Positions 1 through 19,000 of a stretch of DNA of 64,000 bases are shown here, piece by piece. The position numbers and the translations under genes are program-made. Source of the DNA: Protoeuglena noctilucae (Eukaryota). A model generated the notes under the pieces. That model was given only the letters and a program-made list of their open reading frames with translations, was not told the origin of the DNA and did not search any database. Numbering within the stretch: the stretch's first letter is position 1; each line of letters opens with the position of its first letter. The stretch spans positions 124,001 to 188,000 of the forward strand of contig OY253668.1 of the NCBI GenBank assembly GCA_958009085.1, in the 5' to 3' direction.

Positions 1-3000
1 ATGGTGGCGAGCGTGGGCCGCGTGCTGGTGCCGAACCGCGTCCCCTCCTCCGCCTTGTAGCGCACCTTGGCCGTGTCCATCAGGTGCACGTCTGCGAGGG
101 AGATGGTGATGGTGTGGTGACAGCTGGTGACAGCTAAGTGACCAGGGTCCATTGAGTGCAATTAAGAGGCAGCAGTGACAGATATGTTGGACTGAGCAGT
201 GCCCATCAAATGCACGTCTGCGGGGGAGATGACACCATGACATCGCGCACCCTCGTTGCCCCAACCCCACCCCTCATCACCACCCCTCATCAACCCCACC
301 CCACACGACATCTACTACCCCTCATCACCACCCCATCCTAACAACCCTCACCGTACGACCCCGGCCCCGGCACCGGCCCAGGGTCCGCCAGGTTCTGGAA
401 GGCGCGCCCCATGTACACGCCCTTGTCGCGCGCGCCAAACCCGAACGTGCTGCGGGGACGGCTGGGGTCCTTCCCGCCCTTCGGGCCCAGCGTGCTCGGC
501 TGCGGGGGGCGAGGGGAGACCCTGGGTGATGTCAGGGGTGACGAGAGGGAGTTGACCAGAGTTGACCAGGCAACACGTTTGCAGCTTAGGTGCGAAGCAT
601 CAATGCGGGCAGGTCGGTGCCGGTGCTTTGCTCTCATGACTGCCAGTACTGCTCTCCTGCCAGCAAGGTTGCTGATCTGAACAGCCCCATTCGCCTTGCC
701 CCAGTCCTTGCGCCCCTCACCTTGCCTCGTTGCTCACACACAGCCCCCCTCACCTTGCCTCGCTACTCATGCCCATCCCCCTTCACCTCGCCTTGTTGCA
801 TATGCCCATCCCCCCTCACCTTGCTCAGGTCCCCCGGCTTGTACTTGGGTCCCGGGGAGTGCATCCCACGCTTCTCGGACAGAGCGTGGCCGGGCGACAG
901 GTACTGGACAATGGTGCGGGTCTGCGGGTGAGAGAGAGGAGGTGAGTTGTGTCAGGTACTGCACAATTGTGCGGGTCTGCGGGGTCAAGGTGGGAGGAGG
1001 TGACATATGTGAAGTATTGGACTGTGGTGCGGGTCTGCGGGGTGAGTGGGGGAGGCGACATGTGCCAGATGAGGCAAGGGCGGCAGGGCGCCAGTCTGTG
1101 ATATGGGGTGGCGGGGTGTGCAGAACGCAGCTCATCGCCACCTAACACCCACCCATGCCCCTTGCCTTCACCCCCATGCTTACTACCACCATCACCCACC
1201 ATGCTCTCTACCACCCTCACCCACCACCACCCATCCACCACCCCTCACCTTCACCCCCATGCTCGCCCCCTTCACCATCGCCCGCGCCCTCCTCGCCGCC
1301 GCCTCATCCCCCGGCGACAGCGGCCGCCCCCTTGACGACCCCGTCCTGCCCAATTCAGACCCCATCGATGCTCCGAAAGACTCCGGGGACGATAGGGAAG
1401 GGTAGTTGGCGCCCGGTCCGGGGCTGGGGGTGGGGTGCACGAAGGAGAGGCGGTCCTTACAGTAACCGAACGTGCCGATCCGCTTCTGCGGGAGATGGGG
1501 GAGGAGGGTACAGATATGTGAGATCCGGTGCTCTTGTGCAAGTGAGGGGGAGAGAGAGAGAGGAGGGTTGACATTAGAGTTTTGGTGCTTTCATGCAGGT
1601 GAGGTGACTCATAAACATGTCGACAAGCAGACAAAACAGACATGTGCACCATCACTGTCATGACCGCGACCATCGCCAGGCAGACATACAGACGTATACA
1701 CAGTCAATGTAATTAATACCAAGTCACCAACCCACCCCCTCCACTCGCCTGCGTGGGGCTCTGTGCCCGCACGGGGGAGGGCGCCCGCACGGTGGTGGGG
1801 ATGCGGTAGTGGTTGGGGCCGGGGGCGTCGGGGTCTACTTTGGCCTCGCGGGGGTTGCGGAACTGGGGAGATGAGAGAGAGGGGCTATGTTTGTATAGCT
1901 ATGGGGTGATAGATCTGCAGAGAGAGGGAGGGAGGGGTCCACCCTGGCCTCGCGGGGGTTGCGGAACTGCAAAGGGAGGGAGGGAGGGAGGGGTGTGTGG
2001 TTGTGAAGTTTCAAGGGTTGCAAAACTGAGTAAGGGAGGGGGAGTGACATGGTGGGGGTCGTGGCTGCGACTGGGGTGCGGCGGGTGGGTGGCAGCGGTT
2101 CGGGTGTGGGTTGGGGGGTTGTGACTGGGGACAATGCGACAGACAATGCCGGTGAACAAAGCGTGGCGACAGCATCGTAAGGCATCATGCCCCTTCCCCC
2201 GCCCCCCCCAATCTCACCCGGTGTGCGATCTTGACCCCCGGGCTGGGCGTGACGCTGAGGACGTACTCCCCTGGGCCAGGGCCGGCTGCGGGAGATGACG
2301 ACGGGGGGTGTGACGTCAGACGTAGATGACACGCGTGCTGCCGATGCGGGGTTGATGGCAAAGTATGGAGTGTTTTGCATGTTCGAAGCTCCTTGCAAGC
2401 TGCCATGGTCGGTGGCTGACATTGAAGTTCATTGCTCGCCGCCACCACTCACCGCTGCTTCAACACCCCTCTCACTACCACCACCACCACCATCTCTCTC
2501 ACCCGTCTCTATCTTTGCGTTGTCCCCCACGCAGCCACCCTCACCATCACCACTACCACCACCACACCCACCACCACTCAACCACCCCTCACCCGTCTCG
2601 ATCTTTGCGTTGTCCCCCAGGGGCCTCCTCTCCTTGGGGAACTTCACCCCCTTGCCCCTCCCCAGGTCCGAGTACTTGCCCGTCTCGTACATGGGGCCGG
2701 GGGACTCGGCATTGCACACCATGGTCTGCGTGGTAAGCGGTAAAGTGGGTTGGGTTAGCATGGCCGATCATGGGTTGGGTTGAAGTGGGGGATTGGCATT
2801 GCACACCATGGTCTGAGTGGAATGGGGGGGGTGGTATAGTGGGGGGTTCATATGGCACATCATGGGAGGGGTGATGAGGGGGCTCGGCATTGCACACCAT
2901 GGTCTGAGGGGAATGGGGGGGGTGGAGGTTTCGATATGCGGGATTTAGCATGGCAGGTCGGAGGTTGGGTGGATAGGGGGGGTGGAGCGTCAATATGGAC

Positions 3001-6000
3001 GGAATCAGCATGGCACAGCATAATGACAGTGGCGAGGCTCACCATCTACCACACACATGCAACCCACCCCACTCAACCCCTCACCAGCGCCGAGTGTGCC
3101 TGGGAGATGAGCGCCCCCCCCGCGTTGCCCCCCCTCTCCACTTAACCATCTACTCCATCTAACCATCTACCACACACATGCACCCCACCCCACTCAACCC
3201 CTCACCAGCGCCGAGTGTGCCTGAGAAATGAGCGGCCCCCCCGCGTTGCCCCCCCTCTCCGGGTGGAATGCCCGGGGAGCTGTGCCGAACGTCTCCTTCC
3301 GGTCTTCTCTCTTGCGCGTGTTCTTCTCCAACTCACTCGCCCACTCCTTCCTGCGAATGACAGGGGCGGTCAATGCCGACAATCGCACAACAACGATCGT
3401 CACCAGCGACCATCTACTACCAACTCCACCCCTCATAGAGCCCCTCGCCCTCATCTCCTAACCCCATCACTGCCCCTCACCCCCCAGTCGCCCCCCAATC
3501 ACCCCCTTCCCTCACCTGCTATCATCCAACCCCCACCCCTCCCTCACCCCCCTCCCCCCTCACCTCCCGTCACACATCCCCCAACCCCTCCCTCACCCCC
3601 AATGCCCCGCAATGCCCCCCACCTGGTGTCATAGAGCGCGTCGATCGCCCCTCATCTCAGCCCCCTCCCCTCCCCTGCTATCAATACAGCCCCCCACCCC
3701 CTCAATAACCTCACCTAGTGTCATAGAGGGCGTCCGTGGTCCCCCGCTGCAGCAGCCCTTCTAAAAAGTACGGCGCATGCACACCGTCCACCGACTTGCG
3801 TGCTTTGGTGAAGTCCGGATTGAGCTTCTTGCGATCTCGAATGCACCGCAGCGCGTCGTCATCCAAGGTAGGGGAATCGGAGCGGTGGCGGGTGGAGCGG
3901 GGGGAGCCGGGGGCTGAGAGGGTCATGACTTGCCGCAGCACGTCGGCATCGGCGTCATCGTTGAGGTAGGCGCCGGGGCCGGGGTTCACGCGCCACTCGG
4001 GGTTGTCGTGGGCATAGTGGGACTGTGGGGGAGAGGGATGCGGGAGTGGGTGGGGTTGATCAGAATGAGTATATGGCACTGGGTGGGTGATGGGAGGGGT
4101 TGTCGTGGGCGTAGTGGGACTGGGGGTGGGTGGAGTGCGAGAGCGTGAGTCAGGTTGATGGGAGTGAGTGGATTGTAATAGATGGTGAGGGGTTCACGCG
4201 CCACTCGGGGTTGTCGTGGGCGCAGTGAGGATGGGAGGGATGACTGGGGGTATAAAGGTGGATTGGTGACGCAGTGCGACCATGACATACCTACAGAGCA
4301 CAATGAAGCACCCTACAACCCCAGCAATGATCGTCCCCTGTCGCCTCTCCCCCTCCTCACCGGCGATATGAGCAGCTTCTCTGCCACGACATTCATACAA
4401 TCATATAAATTGTATAACAATCGTTAGCACCCTCTTATGCCTCGCCACTTTATCTCACCGGGGATATGAGCAGCTTCTCGGCCATGCGTCGGTGCGTGGA
4501 GGACGGCCGGGACTTGGCGGGTGAGAATCGGCCCCCCAGCTGCGTCTTGGGGACTGCCACGGGGTACTCCCCGGGCCCGGGGGTGCGGGGGGCGTCGCGG
4601 TTGACCACCTGAGAGTAGGGAGGGGAGGAGAGAGGTGAGGAGAGAGATGAGGGGCAAGGTGAGGGGAGAGATGGTGGTGTGGGGGAGGGGAGGGGCAGGG
4701 GTGAGGGGTGATGTGGGTGGAGGCAAGGGTGAGGGCGCTGTGCCTGCCTTCCATCACAGTCACAGCCACAGCCAGCTACCACCGCGCTCACGTCACAATC
4801 AACAACAACCGCTCACATCACAGATTACAGATTGCTCCAACACCACCCACCCCCCACCCCTTATAACCCCACCCCCTCACCGCAGCGCGTGGCCCGACGA
4901 CGGGAACCATCTCCCATCCACAACACACCTAGCAACCCCAAACCCATTCCACCCCACTCACCGCGGCGCGTGGCCCCGACGTGAACCGCCACTCGGGCGC
5001 ATCTCCCATTCACTCACAACACATCTAGCAACCCCACCCCCATTCCAAACACATCTAGCAACCCCTCCCCCACCCTCACTCCACCCTCACCGCTGCCCGT
5101 GGCCCAGATGTGAACCATCTCCCATCCACTACACATCTAGCAACCCCAAACCCATTCCACCCCACTCACCGCCGCGCGTGGCCCCGACGTGAACCGCCAC
5201 TCGGGCGCGTCCCCCAGCGTCCCCGCGATGCCCCTCCCCGACCCCGTCAGGTACGCCGGTCCGGGGCTGGAGATGCCGTAGTTAGTGCTGACGGCGTGCT
5301 GTGCGCTCAGGTATCGGTGCTCCTCCTGGCTCCGCTCGGCTGAGCCGAACTTCGCCGATTGCGGCATGAAGCGGCCCCGTGCGTCGTACTTTGGGGCGGG
5401 GGACTGGGTGCCGCGGCGGTCCTCGACGTGGGCGGAGGAAATGAAGACCTTGCCCTCGCTGGCGCTGCGGGTTGGGGTGGTGGGGTGGGTGGGGTGGGGT
5501 GGTGGTGGGATGGGGGGCGATAGTGCGGGAGGTGTGGGGGAGGGAGGAGCGAGAGGGAGTTCAAGGGAGAAGCGAGGGTTGTGTGCGAGTGAGGGTGAGT
5601 GAGATTGGCAGTGGGTGCGGCATGCTGTGTTGGGTGATAGAAGGCACGGGTGACACGTGACCCACACCTCTCAACAGTGCGCAGTCTCTGAATTGACTCA
5701 CCGCAGCCCGAAGGAGTACGCGGGCGCCTTGGAGAAGACGTGGTTGCCGGAGTTATTGATGACTTTCGCCTCATACTTGTCCAAGCCGTGCGTGAGGCTG
5801 AGGGGCGACAGGGTCGCGAGCACCGCGCCCTTCCGCTCGTACTTGGTCCGCACGGGCGTGAACTGCGTCGGGAAGTCGTAGGTCCCGGGGCCCGGAGACG
5901 CGTAAATGGCTTTGCCGTCGCGGTCCAGGAGCGAAGAGCTCGCGTCGGGGAAAGGTTGCAGGCGCGCCGGGGCCGTGTAGTGCGCCGGCGCGGCCGGGCC

Positions 6001-6196
6001 CGCGCGATCGTCCTGCGGGGACGATAAAGGAGCGAATATTCGAACCGATGCGGGCGGGGCCTGTCTGGCATGAAAGGTGGTCCGGCGGCCCGCGGCGGGG
6101 CCCACAAGGGGCGCGCATGGGGCTGGGGTGGATCACCCCCGCACTCACGTCGCGTCGCAGCGCCGACACCAGGTCGTTGTCCAGGCGTGCCATCAT
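1..6196 (-). CDS. ODF3/SHIPPO-1-like PGP-repeat ciliary/flagellar microtubule-associated protein, multi-exon, 3' end beyond window start
   Basis: Many short exons with GT..AG bounds encode SHIPPO-type motifs: SPGPGTY (~5890), SPGPAY (~5260), TPGPGEY (~4575), NPGPGAY (~3975), SPGPMY (~2695), GPGPGEY (~2275), APGPNHY (~1815), SPGPGANY (~1415), SPGPKY (~850), PGPGSY (~360), plus AYSFG/FGT/FS motifs. Putative first exon MMARLDNDLVSALRRD then gtgagt at ~6146. Confidence 0.8.
706..830 (-). repeat. Four ~33-nt tandem units, each containing a copy of the donor context (AAG|gtgagggg)
   Basis: Repeated CCCCTCACCTTGCC units; the last is the real exon end of the ODF3-like gene. Confidence 0.8.
4876..5213 (-). 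repeat. Exon-end echo array (real donor plus 3 intronic copies) in the ODF3-like gene
   Basis: CTCACCGC-GCGCGTGGCCC variants at ~4876, 4957, 5086 and 5165, with duplicated spacer ACACATCTAGCAACCCCA. Confidence 0.9.
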
Positions 6197-6857
6197 CTTC
6201 TCACTGACGTCTCAGGCGGCGCCGGCAGGTCCTATGTGCGGCCAGGCAGCGGGCCTTCGCGAGCGTCCCCCTGAGCAGGGCGGGAGACAGTGGCGGGCGT
6301 CGAAAGCAGCTGCCGCAGCTCCGCAAGCACGAGTTGCAAGCGGAGGACTCGAAAGCTCGCGTCTGCGCGGGAGGCGCCGGAGGTTGGAGGGGGTGATGTG
6401 ACCCTCCCAGCATGCGGCCCAGGCAGTGCGCTGCGGAAGCGAGCGCGGTGCGAGAGAGGACGAAGCAGGGTGCAGAGGGGTGGATGCTAGATACGCCAGC
6501 AACCCCAGTGGCGGAAGCTAACCCCCGAGGCAGGCGGCCCAACATTGCGCACCTGCACCCGCTGATGCCGCGCACCACACGCTCTCAACGCCGGCCTGAG
6601 CAACAGTGTCGTAGTACAGCACGCGGGGGACCTGTTCACGCCAATGAGGGCAGGCGGCAAGCGCCTGTTGGTTTCCATCCCTGTGGGTCTGGTCAACGAC
6701 TTGCAGAGGGGCAACACCCGGGAGGCTCTTCGGCTGCCATGCTGATAGGACCAATGCATTTTATCCAGACATCGGCACCCAGTCATCCCACGGCAGGTCC
6801 GTCGAGTGCCGGAGAGGGCCCGGAGTTTTTCCACGAGCAGGCTCAGCGAACGGCGAG

Positions 6858-7936
6858 ATGGTGGGCATCCGCGTCACACCTGGACTTAACTCAAACAAGA
6901 CAGCGAGTGAGGCTGCTTCCCACGCTGCGAGCACGGGGTGTCGATGCGCCCGCTCATCCAGGACGCTCTTTGCGCGCAGACGTCTCCGTCGAGCTCTCCG
7001 ACGACCGCTCCGATGTGGTGCTGTCGACCAATGCATCGGCGGGGATGGGGTCCAAGGGCGGCAAGGGGGTGGAAGTCGCCGACTGGGTCGTCGCGCTTGA
7101 GAAGAAAGACGCCTTTCGCGTGACGCGCTCGTCGTCTGGCGCGCGCGATGGAGGCGAACGAGACGTGCGCTGGGACCTAAACATCAAGACGAGTGCCCTG
7201 CTGAACGGCCAGAAGGCGCGGGCGCGCTGTCGGGGACCGCATGCACGGCGCCTACGTTTTAGGGACGCCTCTCAGCCGCTCATCTTGCGCTCCGCAGCTG
7301 AACAGCCTGTCCTCCGCTCCTCTTGCGTCCCGCAGCTGAACCTGGCCTTCTCCGCGTCCCCCACGCTCGGCACGAGCTCGGTCCAGTGCCGCATGCCCGT
7401 GCGCGACGGCCTCTTTGTGTCTGCCGCTTACGACACGTCGAATCTGCGGCGACTGGAGCGAGACCGCCTCACGGTCGGATTCGAGCAGTCCCTGGGCGTC
7501 TCGACGATCGTCTCCGGGGAGTACAGCTTCGGGGACGCGAGCGCCACACTCACGGCGACCCGGGTCGTCGACCCCGTCAACATCCTGCAGGTTCGTGAGC
7601 TTGCAGCAATACCAATGCGATAGTATGATATCGTGCCCAACATAAGTCCTCACATTACCCATTGCTCCCGCACGTGCATCATGCCCAGTCAGATATTGAT
7701 ATCATTAACACTCCATGTGGAGTCTCTCAGCGTGGAGCCTCACCCTCTGTGCGTGCTTGCTGCAGGCGACGTGTCTGCTGAGCTCGACCCCGGCAGGCCC
7801 CACGCGAGCCGTCACGCTGGAGCTGGTGAACAGCAAGGGCCTCGCGGGCCCAGGCAACCTCACGCTTGGCGCGTCGTGGGTCTCGGGGCAGCGGGGGCTG
7901 GGCGTCACGGTCAGCAAGGAGTGGGCCGTGCTGTGA
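6858..7936 (+). CDS. Plastid outer-envelope beta-barrel pore, OEP24-like (about 4 exons)
   Basis: Spliced peptide ...VVALEKKDAFRVT...DVRWDLNIKTSALLNGQK|LNLAFS...TLELVNSKG..GNLTLGASW..GVTVSKEWAVL resembles plant OEP24 as I recall it (LAVEKPGSF..DFRFQFMNT..KPLNLTY..ESTWNF). Alternating beta-strand pattern; C-terminal Trp. Confidence 0.6.
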
Positions 7937-8496
7937 GGCTGCCAAAGCACGAATGTCGCAGGTGCTGTGAGGCACAGCACGTTTGTTTGTTGTCATTCGT
8001 GGGTGCAGCGAGAGCATGGGCACGGGTGTCGCTGGCAGCGGCGACCGGCATTCAAGTCACGCCTGCGACTCTCATATCGTTCCCTCTCTCTCAAAGCAGA
8101 GCGGTGCTCACCGCCTCAACACAGTCCTCCCTGCCACAGAGGCGCAGCCACCGGGGCATCGCCACTGTTCGACAGTCGGTGAGGTGTTCTCTTCAAGAAG
8201 TCCCAAGGGCAATGACAGTACCTAAAGCAAGAGCCCACCACGACGTTCGAATACAAAAGAGACACTCCTCCCCGAACACGCCACCCCAGCCTCGCTCTCA
8301 CGGCCCTCGCAGCCACGGTCGGGACGCCACAACCCACGCAGCAGCCCACCTCACACCCAAGCATCACCCTTGCTCCTTCCGTCACATCATCATCCCTTCC
8401 CCACCCACCCCATCACCACCCCTCCTGCACCCACAACACCACACCCACCCCATCACACCCTTCCACACCTACCCCACCCCATCCCATCGCTCATGT

Positions 8497-13953
<5,457 letters not shown>

Positions 13954-15754
13954 GGCTCCCCTGCGAGCTCGGGCGGGGCCACTCGCTGAAGCGGGTCACG
14001 CTGGCCCGGGCGCGCGCGCACAGCGTCCGCGCGATCCCCTTCGGAGCGCACGCGCGCAGAAAATTCCAACTGCAGAGTCGGGTTGGACCAGCGCTGCGGG
14101 GCTCCGGGCGCTGTGCCTGGCCCGCTGGCTGCAGTGGCACGCGCTGGCCTGCGCAGCCCTTGCCCGGCGCTGTCCCCCGCGTGCGCGGATCAGGCCCGAC
14201 GCCGCGCACCGACTCCGGCGCTCGTGTTCATGCCAGCCCTTTTCTGCGTCGGGCCCTGAGCCCTCCGGTCACCTGCCCCCGTCCGGTCGCCCTGCCTGTG
14301 TGAGGCCTTTGCGGCCCTCCCCGCCTCGCCAGCCCCTGCGCCCAAGCGCGATGCAGATCTGCCCGGAACGAAAGCCCACAGGGCGCGTCGCATCCGGCGC
14401 GGCGTCGAGGGCTCGAGCTGCACCACCTCCGCGTCGGATTCAAGCGGGGCGAACGACGCGATCGACGCTGCGTCGACTTCTGAGCGCAATGGACGCGCAC
14501 CGGCCGCCCGATGCGCCCGTCCGCGGTCGGCGAGGTTTTCGGGCAGGTCATACCCACGACGATTGGAGCCCCCTAGGCCTCCCGGGCCCCTGCGCGGCGC
14601 CGCATTCCGGGCGCGAGTTGCCGTGGGCAGTTCTTTCGCGGCAAGGCTTGCCTTTCGCGTGTCGCGCGTCCCCGCTGCGAGTGTTGGCTTGGGTCCCCGC
14701 GCCCCTGGGCCCCCGGGGCCCTTGTCCGAGCTCGCGGCCCACATCCGGGGAGTGTTCGTTCCCCAAGCTCCCCATCTCGGGCTTTCCCGCCCCGGCGTCA
14801 CCCCGCCCGGCGCCAGGCTCGCCCCATAGCGGGTCCTGTCCCCGACCGCGCGACGTCGGCGCCTGGCCGTCTTCGGGGAGCTTTCCCTCCGCACAGGTGA
14901 CATTTCTGACCAAGCAATCGGGCCGAGCGAGCCTCGCGGCCCTGCAGGAGCGCCCGGGGTCCTCCTGTAGCCTAACGAGTCCCGGCTGCCCCGCCAGGCT
15001 GCGGCCGGGCCCGCCTCGCGCGCCCCCGACACGTGAAACCCGGTTGCGGTGCTCGCTGGGGTGGCCGCGCGCCCAGGCGTGCCGATCCCGTGTCGGGGGG
15101 GCGCCGTTGCCCCAGCAGGGGCGGGACCCAGACAGCTCGTGCTGTGGGGGGCCCGCCCGCTGCGCCAGGACCAGCCCGCGCGATCCGCACACGACTGCGG
15201 ACTTCGGGTCGCCCGCGCGATTTCAGTTTGGCCCGCCCAGCCGCGGCCAGCGGTCCCCTTGCCCGGCGAGGCGCCCCGCGTGGCGGTGCCGCGCGCCGTC
15301 CGCCCCGTGCGACGCGCTTGTCGCCCTCGATTTCGGCTCGGAGCTGCGCTGTCGGAGGCCACTGCGCCCCGCCGAGGCCCGCCTGCGGCGCCCGGCCGGC
15401 CTTCCCTGTTCTGCCAGTGGGGCGCGATTGCGGGCCCAAGCCGCCGTATTTCCCCCGCCCGACTCGCTCCCGCGCTCCCTGGCCCCTCTCGCCGCCGGTG
15501 GGGAGGGCGGGCGCGGCGAGGGAGCGCGCCGGGCGGGCCTCGGCGGGACCTTGACCTGTCGGCGAACCCGCGGGTCCGGCACCCCGCGGGCGCCAATCGC
15601 GGGCTTTGCCGATCGCGCCGCGTTCCCTCCTCGCGCGATCGCTCGTACCCCGCCTCCGCCGGCGCACCCGCGATCCCAGGGGAGGGCGACCGGCCCCGCG
15701 CGGGCTGCGGGCGTTTCGGCCGGCGACGCCCCCCGCGCCCGCCTCCCCCGCAGA

Positions 15755-15954
15755 NNNNNNNNNNNNNNNNNNNNNNNNNNNNNNNNNNNNNNNNNNNNNN
15801 NNNNNNNNNNNNNNNNNNNNNNNNNNNNNNNNNNNNNNNNNNNNNNNNNNNNNNNNNNNNNNNNNNNNNNNNNNNNNNNNNNNNNNNNNNNNNNNNNNNN
15901 NNNNNNNNNNNNNNNNNNNNNNNNNNNNNNNNNNNNNNNNNNNNNNNNNNNNNN
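15755..15954. other. Assembly gap (200 N placeholder)
   Basis: Run of N. The missing N-terminal PAH/HID part of SIN3 implies the true gap is larger or the join is wrong. Confidence 0.99.
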
Positions 15955-16069
15955 GACACCGTCTCTTGCCACGAAATGGAGCCTTCCCCTCTTTACGAAG
16001 ATGTCCCATGTGACGACCGCCCCTCTCCTACCCCCCACCCCCCCCACCTCACCCCTCCCGCCCCCCCAG

Positions 16070-19000
16070 AGCGCGTGTGGCGCAAGATTTACGAGCAGAA
16101 CTACCACAAGAGCCTGGACACCGCCTCCTTCTACTTCAAGCAGCAGACAAGCGCAACCTGTCCAGCAAGGTCATGGTGCAGGAGATACGCGAGCAGGCCG
16201 AGCGGGCCGTGTACGCCACCAACGCCCTCCAGGCCCTCTCCCTCGCCGCCCCCTTCTCCGCGCGACTCCACCACACGCTCTCGCCTGCCCTTCGCGCCCC
16301 CGCGGTGCACGACGACGTGTTCAGGATCCTCCGCGCCGCCCTCACGCACCTGGGGCCGTCCCACACGTACGGCCCGCGCGCCCTCGCCTTCTGGAGGACC
16401 TTCTGGGAGCCATTCTTCACACAGGCGAGGCCTGGTTGTTGGCGCACAGTGGTGCTGGGGGGTTGCCTCTGAGGCAGGCCGTGTATAGGGTGGTGTTCCT
16501 GCACATGTCGTCACGCCACATCTGGGGCGCCCACCAATCCCAGAGCCCCCTCTCGCTCACCTTCCCTGTTTGGACACTGCGACGGGCACTGCAGTTGCCT
16601 TTCCTTTTGGCATCATGCCCCCCCCTCGACTTCTTGCACGTATCCACGCCCCCACCGACCATCGTCCCACACCCCACGATAGTCCACCCACCCCGCCCTC
16701 CCGCAGCGCACGCGCCCGGCCGAGGTGGAGACAGAGGAGGACCCCGCGTGCACCGCGGCGCTGCAGCAGGACGACGCAGCAGTCACTGGCGACGGGCCGG
16801 GCATGGGCGGGGGTTCGTCCGGGAACGGGGAGGGCGTGGAGCGGGGCGCGGCGGCGGGGGCGGGGGTGGCGGGGGAGGTGGCGAGCCAGGCTGTGGAGGA
16901 GGAGGACGATGACAGCGAGGGGGGCGGGGCGGCGGGGGACGGCGGGGCGGGGGGTTTGGAAGACATGGAGGTGAGGGGCGGTGGGGGTGGGTGGGGGTTA
17001 GCCTTTGTCCACTGCCGTGCCAAAAGAGCACGACAGCACAACATGACTACAGTTTCCTCCCTCTACCCTCCCTCTACACCTCCCCGTCAACACCAACACC
17101 TCCCTCAACAGATCCCTCGCCCGCTACCCCACCCCAGGACAACCCCGACGCGGCCGCGCGCTTCAGCGGGTGCCGCCCGACCGCCACGGGCGCGGCCCGC
17201 AAAGCGGACGAGTCCTCCGGGGCCGCTGACGCCAGCCAGGTCATGTACATGAGCTCGGGGATGTACGTCTTGGCCCGGCTGCACCACCACCTGTTCGAGC
17301 GGATGCTGCTGGCGCGCAAGTGCGCCGTCGAGGTGCGGGGCATCGGGGGTGGGGTGGGGTGGCACGTGCATTGGGGCCAGCGTGGGGTGGCGCGGTGGCC
17401 GACCTGTTCTCTCATCAATCACCAACCCGTCTTCTTTCCACCGATCGACTTATTGACTCATCAAATCACCAACTCCCATGACTCACCAACTTGATCCACC
17501 CACTTACTCATCAACTCCCATGATTCATAAACTCGATCCACCCCGTCTTCCTCCCACCGCAGAAGACGCTGGAGCGCAACCAGACGACCGACTGGACCCC
17601 CTCCCAGCCGCTGCCCCCCGCGGCCCAGGCCATCCACGACCGCTTCGTGCGGCTGGCCATGCGCATGATCGTGGGGAAGCTCGACCCGGGGACCTTCGAG
17701 GACGACTGCCGGACGCTCCTGGGCACGGCGGCGTACCAGGTGAGAGAGGGGTTGCTGTGATAACTGGCATGGGCAAATGGCACGGCGGCGTACCAGGGGA
17801 GAGATGGGCATGTGATGGGCTTGCTGTGGGCATGTGGTGGGCACGGCAGCCTGCCAGGTGAGAGAGGGGTTGGGATGGGCATGTTATGGGCACGGCTGCC
17901 TGCCAAGTGAAGGGCTGCACCCCACGACTGCACCCGCTGCCCAGCAACCCCTCTGCCACCCCCGCCACCCATCGACCCCTCTGCCACCCCCCCCTCCCCC
18001 CCCCCCCCCCCAGCTCTTCACCCTCGACAAGCTCCTCTCCCGCACCCTCAAGCAGCTCCAGGCGCTGCTGCAGGACGACCTGGCCACCAAGGTCGCCGCC
18101 CTGCACCGGTACGAGGCCCGGCGCACCAGGGGCTTCTCGGAGCCGGTCTATTACGCCAACGCCCACGTGCTGCTGGCGGAGGACCAGTGCTTCCGAGCGG
18201 CGTGGGCCGACGAGGGGGGGCAGGCCACGCTCACGGTACAGGTGAGACATGGCGGGGGTGCGACGGGGTGGGGTGATGTGTGTTACTGCCCTTGCTGCCT
18301 GCGCTGTTCTCTTACCACAGGGAGAGGGTGTGAGCTTACGACAGCCTCCCCTTAAGCAATCGCACTCGCACCGCTCGCCTTCCCCCTCACCGCCCTGTAA
18401 GCCCCGCCGGAGCGCCCAGCCTCACTCACCACCCTCTCCGCCCCCACCGCCCTCACCGCCCTCACCGCACTCACCGCCCTCACCGCCCTCACCACCCTCG
18501 CCACCCTCCCCGCCCCCGCCCCCGCAGCTGATGGGCCCCGACCGCACCGAGGTTCCCGGGGGCATCGTGGGCCACGGATTCGCCACGTACCTGGACCAGT
18601 ACATCCTGGACGCGGCGGCGAAGGAGGTGCTCTGCGAGGGCACGGAGCAGCGCGTGCTCATGTGGCGCAACCTCAGCAAGGCGAGGGACGGGGCGCACCC
18701 GGGCGTCAAGGTGCACAGCGCGGTGGCGGCGATGCGCGACGACGCGCGGCGCTGGCTGCGCGCAGAAGAGCGGAGGGCCGAACACCCCGGCCCGCGCTGT
18801 CCGTATCCGCTTTCACCCGCACCCCGTCTCACGCCTGCACCCGCCCCGCCCCCCCCGCAGCGCCGCCGTGCGGACCGCGTGGACGACGACGTGTCTCTGA
18901 CGGAGGCCGTGGAGACCTGCCACGTGCGCAACGGGCTCGAGTGCAAGATGTCGTGCTCCTCGTACAAGGTGTCGTACGTTCTCGACACGGAGGACTGGCT

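Noticed and set aside
2700..5213. Short direct repeats separated by unique spacers resembling a CRISPR array
   Set aside because: Eukaryotic introns; each repeat family has only 2-4 units, matches the adjacent exon end, and there are no cas genes.
14350..15754. Extremely CpG-rich segment as a possible rDNA spacer or mobile element
   Set aside because: No rRNA motifs or terminal repeats seen; it ends in an acceptor-like cccccgcag, consistent with a promoter or first intron of a gene lost in the gap.
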